From contig CAVZYM010000005.1 in NCBI GenBank assembly GCA_963779495.1, forward strand, positions 2,265,554-2,329,553: DNA of 64,000 bases, given 5' to 3'. Below are positions 11,712 to 19,452 of the stretch, piece after piece. Each line of letters begins with the position of its first letter. Positions within the stretch are counted from its first letter, which is position 1. The notes below the pieces were generated by a model that worked only from the letters and a program-made list of their open reading frames with translations, was not told the DNA's origin and ran no database searches. This DNA is from an uncultured Pseudomonadota bacterium (GTDB lineage: Bacteria; Myxococcota_A; Polyangia; Fen-1088). Position numbers and translations under genes: made by a program.

Positions 11712-13895
11712 TCAGTGGATCGTGGTCGGCGCGAGCCTGACCACCAGGCCGGCGTCGGCGTCGACCAGGACCTCGTCGCCGTCGCGCAAGATCTGGGTGG
11801 CGCCGGCCGCCCCCACGATCGCCGGGATGCCGCGCTCGCGCGCCTGCGCGGCGACGTGATCGAGGGCGCCGCCGGTCTCGACCACCAGCGCGATCGGCGC
11901 CAGCAGCGGCAGCTCGGTGGGGAGCAGCGTGCGCGCGACCAGCACCTCGGACGGGCCGCACGCGTCGGCCGCTTCGCTGTGGAGACGGACGCGACCGATG
12001 CGGGCCCCAGGGGAGCCCGGCGTGCCGCGGACGACGTCGCCGGGGAGATCGCCCGCGCCGATGGCCGCCGGCGCGCCGCGCAGGGCCGGGGTGCGCGCGG
12101 CCCATTCAATCGGCGGTGGCTGTCCGCGCGCGGCCTCATCGGCCCGGACCGCCGCGACGATCGCCCGCGCCGCGTCGGCGGTCGTCAGCGGCACGTCGCC
12201 GCGCGCGTCGCCGCGGACCATCTCGAGCGGCAGCCAGAAGACATCCTCGGCCTCGGCGAGCACGTCGGCCGCCCGCAGCCGCTCCCCTTCGCGCAGCAGC
12301 GCCCGGCGGACGTGCCCCTGCAGGCGGGCGTAGAGCGCGTCGTCGTCCTCGGCGACGGCGACCGCGGCCCGCCCCGCGGCGAGGCAGGCGTCCCAGTCGG
12401 CGAGCGCGGTCAGCGGGAGCGCGGCCCGGACGGACGCGGCGGCCAGGTCGGCTTCCGCGCTCGCCGTCGGCAGATCGATATGGGCTCCCAGCAGCAGCCG
12501 TTCGAGGGACGCCGGCACCTCGCGCCAGGTCGGCGCGGCGACGTCCCAGCGCGGCCCCTCGTCGCCGAACAGCGCCAGGTAGATCGCCAGCGCGGTGGCA
12601 CGCGTTTCGGGCGTGGCGGCGTGGGCCAGCGCGCGCGCGCAACGCATCCGATCGGTGGCCGCCGAGGCGACCCCCGCCAGCAGGGCCGGCAGGCGCGGTC
12701 CCGGCTCCAGGCCGTGCCGGGTCAGGAACGCGACCAGCGCGTCGCGCGCCGCCCGCGCCGCCGGCTGCACGCTGCCGAAGAGCGGCTCGTAGAGGGTCGT
12801 GAAGGTCTCCAGCGCCTCCTCGAGCGTCGACGCGGACTGGGAGAGCATCGGCGCGGCGATCTCGCGCAGCGTCCGCAGCGCATCGGGCGCCCCCGACGCG
12901 GCGTCGGCGCGGTCGTCGTCGACGGCGTAGAAGAGGTAGCCGTCGACGACCCGCTGGCGCAGGCCGATCCGGCAGCGATCGTCGACCAGCGCAACCAGCC
13001 CCGCCTGCGCCGGCGACAGCGGAACCGGGTTGTGGGCGGCGTCCCAGCGCCAGGGCCGGTTCGTGTCGGAGGACGGATCCGCGAGGCGCGCCATCCCCGG
13101 CCAGGCGGTGCGCGCCGGAGCGCGATAGGGGCGCAGCTGCAGGAACGTCGGGGCATCGCCGCGCGCGACCCACTCGAGCTCGACCGGACCGTGCGCGGCG
13201 GCGAGCGTCCGCGCCGCGTCGGCGATCCGGGTCCGCGCCGCCGCGGTCAACCCGCCGCCGGCGTGAACCTCGACCAGCGGCGGAACCCCGGAGGGCTCAC
13301 ACGCGGCGGCGCCGGCGGCGTCGCCGGCGATGAAGGGGTGGATCAGGACGGCGATGCCGAGGGCGGCGGCGCCTCCGCGCGCGTCGAGATACGCCCCCAC
13401 GCCGGGCGCGAGGGCCGACGCGAGCACGGCGCGAAGGGCCGCGGGGACGTCGGCGCGCGCGACGTCGACACGCGAGGTGAAGAGGCCCGGCGCCAGCACG
13501 CCGGCTTCGTCCTCGACGGTCGCCGACGAGCGAACGGCGAAGCGGGCGTCGGCCCCGGGCGCCAGCGCGGCCAGGGCACCCGCGAGCTCGTCCTCGAAGC
13601 CGTCCGGCCAGGGCGCCCCGGCCAGCGCCGCCTCGGCCCGGGCGAGCGCCGCCAGCGCGTCGGGGGCGGTCAGGCGGGCGGGGAGCGCCGGCCCGCCCGC
13701 GCGCAGCGCCGCGAACAGATCGGTGGTCACCACCGTCGCGGGCGGCACCGCCAGCCCGGCCGCCGCCAGACGCAGCAGCGAGCGGGCCTTGCCGCCGAGC
13801 TTCGCGTAGAGGTGGGCGGGAGGAGCGGGTGCGAGCGAAATACAGAAGCTCACGACGGTCTCAACCCGCGCGCTCGTGTTAGCCTCGGCGGCCAC
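11712..13895 (-). CDS. PEP-utilising enzyme family protein (ATP-grasp N-terminal domain plus C-terminal phosphohistidine swivel domain)
   Basis: The N-terminus (LYAKLGGKARSLLRLAAAGLAVPPATVVTTDLF) is PPDK_N-like. The C-terminus (VLVARTLLPTELPLLAPIALVVETGGALDHVAAQARERGIPAIVG) is the PEP-utilisers mobile domain. No TIM-barrel PEP/pyruvate domain follows it. Confidence 0.75.
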   Translation of the reverse strand: MAAEANTSARVETVVSFCISLAPAPPAHLYAKLGGKARSLLRLAAAGLAVPPATVVTTDLFAALRAGGPALPARLTAPDALAALARAEAALAGAPWPDGFEDELAGALAALAPGADARFAVRSSATVEDEAGVLAPGLFTSRVDVARADVPAALRAVLASALAPGVGAYLDARGGAAALGIAVLIHPFIAGDAAGAAACEPSGVPPLVEVHAGGGLTAAARTRIADAARTLAAAHGPVELEWVARGDAPTFLQLRPYRAPARTAWPGMARLADPSSDTNRPWRWDAAHNPVPLSPAQAGLVALVDDRCRIGLRQRVVDGYLFYAVDDDRADAASGAPDALRTLREIAAPMLSQSASTLEEALETFTTLYEPLFGSVQPAARAARDALVAFLTRHGLEPGPRLPALLAGVASAATDRMRCARALAHAATPETRATALAIYLALFGDEGPRWDVAAPTWREVPASLERLLLGAHIDLPTASAEADLAAASVRAALPLTALADWDACLAAGRAAVAVAEDDDALYARLQGHVRRALLREGERLRAADVLAEAEDVFWLPLEMVRGDARGDVPLTTADAARAIVAAVRADEAARGQPPPIEWAARTPALRGAPAAIGAGDLPGDVVRGTPGSPGARIGRVRLHSEAADACGPSEVLVARTLLPTELPLLAPIALVVETGGALDHVAAQARERGIPAIVGAAGATQILRDGDEVLVDADAGLVVRLAPTTIH

Positions 13896-13907
13896 ACGGG
13901 ATCGGCG

Positions 13908-14450
13908 ATGCGACGGGGACCGCTACTTTCAGGACCACTGGGAAGCGCGCCGGCGCTGGCCGCGCTGCTGCGTTGGACCGAGGGGCGGTCGCCGGTCGTG
14001 GTGCTGGCTCCCCCCTGGCTCGCCGACGCGGTGGCGACCGGCGGCCCCGCGCTGGCGCTGATCGAGACCGCGAACCGCCCGACGGCGCTGCGCGCGCGGC
14101 GCCGCGCCACCAAGGAGGGGCGGCCCCTCACGATCGCGCTGGCGGCGGACGAGCTTCCAGTGCGACGGGGCTCGCTCGGCGCGCTGGTGGTCGAGAACGT
14201 GGCCGGCCTGCCGCCCGAGGACGCCGCGCGCTGGGTGGCGGCGCTGGTCCCCTGCCTGCGACCGGACGGTCGCCTGATCGCCGCCGACGCGACCTCGAGC
14301 ACCGACGCCGCCGCGCGCGTCGCGGGGGTGTTTCTGGCCGCGGCGCTGACCGACCTGGTGCAGGAGTGGCCGCGTGACGGCGCGGTGCTGACGGTGGGCA
14401 TCGCTCCCGCGGCCGCGATCGTCGCCGCGCGGTTCGGCCTCGACCGGTAG
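13908..14450 (+). CDS. hypothetical protein, weakly methyltransferase-like
   Basis: 180 aa starting at ATG 13908, which is the tail of the 911-aa track ORF. LGALVVENVAGLPPEDAARWVAALVPCLRPDGRLI resembles the post-motif region of class I SAM methyltransferases. The assignment is weak. Confidence 0.4.
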   Translation: MRRGPLLSGPLGSAPALAALLRWTEGRSPVVVLAPPWLADAVATGGPALALIETANRPTALRARRRATKEGRPLTIALAADELPVRRGSLGALVVENVAGLPPEDAARWVAALVPCLRPDGRLIAADATSSTDAAARVAGVFLAAALTDLVQEWPRDGAVLTVGIAPAAAIVAARFGLDR

Positions 14451-14459
14451 GCGCGGGGC

Positions 14460-15494
14460 ATGGCGCAAGCCTATCAGGTCTGGGCGGGCGTTCTTCTCGC
14501 GGTGGTGCTCTCGGCCTGCGGCGGCGGCGGGCAGCGGTCGGCCGACGCGGGGATCCTGTCCGACGCCGGCGCCGATTCGCTCAGCCTCTGCAACGACATC
14601 CAGCTCGGTACGTTCTTCTCCTCCTCGCCCTACCAGATCGTTCTCGATCGCAGCGCCGGCATGGCGGTGACGATGCCGGGGACCGATCGCACCGTCTGGG
14701 AGCGGACGCGCGAAGCGCTGCTGCCGTTCGCGACCCAGGGGGGCCCCATCGGGCTGACGCTGTTTCCCGACGACGGCGACTGCGCGCGCGGTCCGGTGGC
14801 GGTCCCGTCGGCGATCGGGCCGCGGGCTACGCCCGACGCGGTCCAGGCGGCGCTGGCGGCGGCGACGCCGGCGGGCGGTCGACCGGCGGCGGACGCGGTC
14901 GGGCTCGCGATCGCCGACGGCAAGGTCCTCGAGCCGCTGCTCGGTCGCCCGATCGTCGTGCTGTTCACCAACGGCGCGCCGGAAGCGCTGGCCGGCTGCG
15001 GCGGCGACGGCGACGGCCTGGCGGCGCTGCGCCGCCAGTTCGAAAGCGCGTACGACGCCGGCATTTACGCCTGCATCGCGGCGCTGCCCGGCACCGGAAC
15101 GGCGGCGGACGGCTTGCGCAAGGTCGCGCTGGCCGGCGCGGGAGCCGACCCGACGCGGGCCTGCTACGTCGACTACGACACCGACGACGGGCCCGAGCGG
15201 TTGAAGGCCGACTTCTGCAGCTTCGGATGCCAACGCGTGCCGCGAAGCTGTTTGCTCCACGCCCCCATCGACGAGACCACCTACCTCGACCGCGCCCGTC
15301 TGCTGGTGACCCTGGACGACGCCCCGACGATCAGCCTGGAGCGGACGCCGGGCTGCGCCGAAGGCTCCCCTGACGCCGGCTGGGACGTGGGCGCCGACGG
15401 TCGCTCGATTCAGCTTTGCGGCTCGCTCTGCGCTGATTATGCGGACGCCTGGACCGGCTCGTTCACGCTGACGGTGCTCTGCAGCGTGCCTTAG
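14460..15494 (+). CDS. lipoprotein, VWA-like
   Basis: The signal AGVLLAVVLSACGGGG has a lipobox Cys. IVLDRSAGMAV...GPIGLTLFPDDG...IVVLFTNGAPE resembles a degenerate von Willebrand A fold. The C-terminal part has many Cys. Confidence 0.55.
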   Translation: MAQAYQVWAGVLLAVVLSACGGGGQRSADAGILSDAGADSLSLCNDIQLGTFFSSSPYQIVLDRSAGMAVTMPGTDRTVWERTREALLPFATQGGPIGLTLFPDDGDCARGPVAVPSAIGPRATPDAVQAALAAATPAGGRPAADAVGLAIADGKVLEPLLGRPIVVLFTNGAPEALAGCGGDGDGLAALRRQFESAYDAGIYACIAALPGTGTAADGLRKVALAGAGADPTRACYVDYDTDDGPERLKADFCSFGCQRVPRSCLLHAPIDETTYLDRARLLVTLDDAPTISLERTPGCAEGSPDAGWDVGADGRSIQLCGSLCADYADAWTGSFTLTVLCSVP

Positions 15495-15555
15495 AGCTCG
15501 GAGCCCACGCCACGCAGATAGGCCGGTCGGCCGCGGGCGGCGCATAATCAACGTC

Positions 15556-16896
15556 ATGCTGCGGCGCGGAAGTCTCGGCCTTGCGCTGTCGCTGCTGGCC
15601 CACCTGGCCCTGGTCGTGATCCTGCTGGTGCGCGGAGGGGGCGGCTTCTCGGGCCCGATCGACATCGAGATGACGGGCGGCGTCCACCTGGAGGAGGTCA
15701 AGGACGTCCCGCTGGGCGCGCCGCAACCGGGTGACAAGGGCCAGGAGAAGGCGCGCAAGGCCCGAACCCGCGCGCCCCGCGTCGCCGCCGACGAGGGGAC
15801 CCTGGGGACGCGCCCCGACGACCAGGATCGCAAGGGAGCGGCGGCGACCGAGGACGACAGCGCGCCGGCCCCGACCAGCGACCTCGGCGCCTACGGACCG
15901 ACCGGCTCGCGGCTGACGGTGCTGCTGCGCCTCGACCGCCTGCGCGGGACCGACTACGCCGCGCCGATCGACGACCTGTTGATGCACCTGCCGGATCGCC
16001 GCTTCCTGCTGCAGGGGACGGGGCTGGAGCTGTTCACCGATTTCGACGCGCTGCTGGTCGCGACCCCCAACCCGCGCGATCCGACGGTGACGTTCGTGGT
16101 CGCCCGTCACCATCTGGAGGAGGAGGCCCTGCGCGCGGCGCTGAACCGCGGCGCGCGCGCCGGCGAGCGGCCGCTGACCTGGCGGGTGCAGTACGGCCGG
16201 CCGGTCGGCCAGCGCCGGGTGCGCAAGGTGGAACCCGACGCCACCCTACCGCCCGGCCTCGACGCGCGCGACGATCGTCTGGTCGTGCTGGCGGCGCCCA
16301 AGCTCGCGGTGGTCACGCCGCGCGCCTACCTGGACCTGATGTTCAAGCCCTCGCCCGCGCCCAACGGCCCGGGCGAGGCTGCGCCTGGTGGCGTGAGGCC
16401 GGCGGTCAACGAGGCCGCGCCCGGCAGCGAGGACCCGCAGAGCTCCCAGCGCGCCGGTGTCTGGGCCAACTTGCTCACCCGCATATCCGCCGACGAGGGG
16501 CTGATGCCGCCCGACGGCGTCGTCCTGATCCGCGCGGTCGACATGTGGAAGCCCGCCGGCACCCCCGGCGACGCGTCGCCCGTTCTCTACGGCATGGAGA
16601 TTCCGCAAGAGGTGAAGGGCTTCATCGCCGTCGAGGACGCCGCGCCCGTCCTCGACATCACCGGCACCTTCAAGACCGAGGCGCCCGCCCGCCACTGGGA
16701 GACCGTGTGGCCGGGGCTGCAGCGCAAGCTGCGGACGAACCCGTTCGTGATGCTGTCGGGCTTCTCCGGCGTCGTCGCCCGCGCCACGCTGGTGCGCGAG
16801 GGGGACGCTGTACGGCTGCGGCTCGGCGTCTCGCGCGACGAGGCGCTGCGCCTGCTGACGTTCGCGGTGCAGATGCTGACCAGCCGCGGTATGTGA
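15556..16896 (+). CDS. hypothetical membrane-anchored protein
   Basis: 446-aa ORF with an N-terminal TM segment (LGLALSLLAHLALVVILLV), a charged linker and a globular C-terminal region. I recognise no family. Confidence 0.55.
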   Translation: MLRRGSLGLALSLLAHLALVVILLVRGGGGFSGPIDIEMTGGVHLEEVKDVPLGAPQPGDKGQEKARKARTRAPRVAADEGTLGTRPDDQDRKGAAATEDDSAPAPTSDLGAYGPTGSRLTVLLRLDRLRGTDYAAPIDDLLMHLPDRRFLLQGTGLELFTDFDALLVATPNPRDPTVTFVVARHHLEEEALRAALNRGARAGERPLTWRVQYGRPVGQRRVRKVEPDATLPPGLDARDDRLVVLAAPKLAVVTPRAYLDLMFKPSPAPNGPGEAAPGGVRPAVNEAAPGSEDPQSSQRAGVWANLLTRISADEGLMPPDGVVLIRAVDMWKPAGTPGDASPVLYGMEIPQEVKGFIAVEDAAPVLDITGTFKTEAPARHWETVWPGLQRKLRTNPFVMLSGFSGVVARATLVREGDAVRLRLGVSRDEALRLLTFAVQMLTSRGM

Positions 16897-16974
16897 GCCA
16901 CCGCGATCCCGAAAAAGGGATCCGCCAGCGTCGCAACGGGCATATCGTGAGTGGCTTTTACGGAGGGCCCCCCG

Positions 16975-18204
16975 ATGCGATTCGCCTGGAAGCTTTGGTG
17001 TGTTGGCGCGCTGCTCGGTTCGAGCGTCCTCTTGGGCTGCGCAACGGGGGTGACCGACGATCCCACCGGGAACGGGGGGAGCACGGTCGGAAGCGCCGGC
17101 AGCGGCGGCACGTCGGGCGCGGCCGGCCAACCCGGGATCGCGGGTAGCTCCGGCGGCAGCTCCGGTGTCGCGGGCGCCGCGGGCGGCAGCTCAGGCGTCG
17201 CAGGGACCTCGGGGGGCGGCGGCGGCAGCACCGCGATCACCGGCATCGCCGGCAGCACGGGCGTCGCCGGGGCGGGGACCGGCGGAACGGCGGCCGGCGG
17301 GCAGGGCGGCACGGCGGGGCGTGGCGGCAGCGGCGTGGCGGGACGCGGCGGCAGCGGCGTGGCCGGCGGAAGTGGCGGCAGCGCGGCCGGCACCAGCGGC
17401 GGGGCCGGCGCCGGCGGCGGCGGAGACAAGGTCCCGGCCGATCCGAGCGCGGGCTGCGGCAAGGCGAATCCGGCCGTGGGCTCCTCGGGCAGCCCGCTGA
17501 CTGTCTCGAGCCACCAGTACTACGTGAAGCTGCCGACCGGCTACGACGCGAACAAACCGTACCCCGTCATCATGATGTTCAACCCGACCGGCAACCCGCT
17601 GAGCTGGGCCGAGCAGAGCGCCGGCTTCGAATCGAACGGCGCCAAGGCGGGCGCGATCCGCGTCTATCCGGGGCCGGCCAGCATGGCGAACGGCTGGGGC
17701 GCGGGTGACGTGTCGTTCTTCATGCCCCTCTACAGTCAGATCATCGGCGCCTACTGCGTCGACAAGGCGCGCGTCTTCGCCGCCGGCGAGAGCTCGGGCG
17801 GCGACTTCTCCAGCATCCTCGGCTGCGAGCACGCCGACGTGCTGCGCGCCGTCGCGCCCTGCGCGACGAAGGACGTGAGCGCCTATCCCCTCAACGCCAC
17901 GACGCGCAAGTGCACCGGCCAGGTCACCTCGGTCGTCATCCACGGCAAGAACGACAACGTCGTCGGCCCGGCGAACGGTCCCAAGACCCGCGACTTCTAC
18001 CTGGCGCTGAACCACTGCGGCACCACGAGCACGCCGGTGCAGGGCTACACCGACACGATGTCGAACTGCGTCCAGTACCAGGGGTGCGATGTGCCGTACC
18101 CGGTCTACTGGTGCTTGCACACCAATCCCGAGTACAGCGGCACGAACCACGGCTGGCCCCACTTCGCGGCCAACATGCTCTGGTCGCTGTGGTCGTCGTA
18201 CTGA
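16975..18204 (+). CDS. secreted lipoprotein esterase (PHB depolymerase / feruloyl esterase-like alpha/beta hydrolase) with a Gly-rich linker
   Basis: GGAGGG lies before ATG 16975. MRFAWKLWCVGALLGSSVLLGCA has a lipobox and is followed by about 130 aa of Gly-rich repeats. Then come YYVKLPTGYDANKPYPVIMMFNP and VFAAGESSGGDFSSILG (GxSxG nucleophile elbow). Confidence 0.65.
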   Translation: MRFAWKLWCVGALLGSSVLLGCATGVTDDPTGNGGSTVGSAGSGGTSGAAGQPGIAGSSGGSSGVAGAAGGSSGVAGTSGGGGGSTAITGIAGSTGVAGAGTGGTAAGGQGGTAGRGGSGVAGRGGSGVAGGSGGSAAGTSGGAGAGGGGDKVPADPSAGCGKANPAVGSSGSPLTVSSHQYYVKLPTGYDANKPYPVIMMFNPTGNPLSWAEQSAGFESNGAKAGAIRVYPGPASMANGWGAGDVSFFMPLYSQIIGAYCVDKARVFAAGESSGGDFSSILGCEHADVLRAVAPCATKDVSAYPLNATTRKCTGQVTSVVIHGKNDNVVGPANGPKTRDFYLALNHCGTTSTPVQGYTDTMSNCVQYQGCDVPYPVYWCLHTNPEYSGTNHGWPHFAANMLWSLWSSY

Positions 18205-18210
18205 CCGCGG

Positions 18211-19287
18211 TCAGCGCCCTTCGATAAGCTTCGTCGCGCGCTTCCACCAGGCCGCGACCGGCGGCTCCGCGCGGAACAGCCAGGCCGCCCCGAGGGCCCC
18301 GGCCAGCACGATGAGCACGAGCCACCGGGCGAGCCGCCGCGGTGGCCGCGGCGCCGGCGCGGGGGACGCCACCGGCTCCATCGCGCGCGCGGGGGTGGGG
18401 GCGCGCGCGGGCACGCCCCGGATCGCCCCCTCGAACGCGCGCGCGAACGCCTTGATGGTCGGGAAACGGTCGTCGCGGTTCTTCGACAGCGCCCGCCGCA
18501 GGACCTCGTCCACCTCGGGCGTGAAACGCGGGCCGCCGGGCACCAGCGGCGTCGGCACCGCTGACATCACCTGGTTCAGCGTGCCGTTCACGTCGGGCTG
18601 GCTGAAGGGGAGCTGCGCCGTGAGCGAGAACCAGGCGATGCAGGCCAGCGACCACTGATCACTGCGGTGGTCGATCTGTTCTTGCATCCCGGCGGCCTGC
18701 TCGGGCGGCATGAACTCGGGTGTGCCGAACACCGCCCGCGCGACGGTCAGCTTCGTCGCCGATCGCTTGAGCACCTTCGAGATGCCGAAGTCCACGACCT
18801 TCACGAAGACCGACTGGTCGGGGCGCTGCACCATGAAGACGTTCCCCGGCTTCAGGTCGCGGTGGACGATGCCTCCGGCGTGGGCGACCGTCAGCGCCGA
18901 CGCCAGCTGCGTGACCATGGTGGCGACGGCGTCGGCGGGCAGCGCGCCTTCGCGTTCCAGCCGCACCTGCAGGTCCTCGCCCTCCAGGTACTCCATCACC
19001 AGGTAGGGCTCGCCGCCCGCCGCCTCGCCGAACCCGTAGACGGCGACGACGTGCGGGTGCGACAGCTCCGACGTCACCTTCGCCTCGCGGCGGAACCGGG
19101 CCAGCAGCTCCGGGTACGCCATCAAGCCGCGCGACATGATCTTGATGGCGACGCGCTTGCCGGCGCCCGTGTGCACGCCTTCGTAGACGGCGCCCATGCC
19201 GCCGAGCCCGATCAGGCGCGTGAGCCGGTAGGTCCCGTTGTCGAGGGTGGTGCCGATCGGCAGGGCATCGGGGCTGACGTGGCTCAC
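18211..19287 (-). CDS. Ser/Thr protein kinase with a C-terminal TM anchor
   Basis: LIGLGGMGAVYEG..VAIKIM, HRDLKPGNVF, DFGISK and GTPEFMPPEQ are Hanks kinase subdomains. The C-terminal LARWLVLIVLAGALGAAWLF is a TM segment. The proposed start is GTG at 19287; the rest of the 1001-aa track ORF is read-through. Confidence 0.85.
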   Translation of the reverse strand: MSHVSPDALPIGTTLDNGTYRLTRLIGLGGMGAVYEGVHTGAGKRVAIKIMSRGLMAYPELLARFRREAKVTSELSHPHVVAVYGFGEAAGGEPYLVMEYLEGEDLQVRLEREGALPADAVATMVTQLASALTVAHAGGIVHRDLKPGNVFMVQRPDQSVFVKVVDFGISKVLKRSATKLTVARAVFGTPEFMPPEQAAGMQEQIDHRSDQWSLACIAWFSLTAQLPFSQPDVNGTLNQVMSAVPTPLVPGGPRFTPEVDEVLRRALSKNRDDRFPTIKAFARAFEGAIRGVPARAPTPARAMEPVASPAPAPRPPRRLARWLVLIVLAGALGAAWLFRAEPPVAAWWKRATKLIEGR

Positions 19288-19325
19288 GTGGGACGCAACG
19301 ATACTGAAGTTCTGAGGCCCAGCGA

Positions 19326-19337
19326 GTGAGATCTCAC
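19326..19337. promoter_or_regulatory. perfect 12-bp palindrome GTGAGATCTCAC in the kinase/Rhs divergent intergenic region
   Basis: Read directly from the sequence. It is the only perfect palindrome of this length in the 165-nt lower-GC spacer. Its function is unknown. Confidence 0.25.
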
Positions 19338-19452
19338 CCGCGCCTCCGCGCCGAAAAAATCTCGGGGTTCCGCGAGGATGCTTTGCTTGACTATCCCGTT
19401 TCGCCGCCTCGCGTCGGAGTTTTTGCACAGACACGACCCGACAGGCGTCTTC

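Noticed and set aside
11715-14450. 911-aa plus-strand ORF antisense to the PEP-utilising enzyme gene
   Set aside because: The low-complexity R/G/P/A composition and the lack of motifs mark it as a shadow of the minus-strand gene. Only the last 180 codons (from ATG 13908) look like real protein.
13929-15833. Long antisense or alternative-frame ORFs (this one, plus 21153-22484, 36145-37515, 48228-50771, 52594-53832, 56598-58310 and many others in the track)
   Set aside because: All have Arg/Pro/Gly/Ala-dominated translations and lie opposite or out of frame to genes with clear family signatures. At this GC content stop codons are rare in all six frames.
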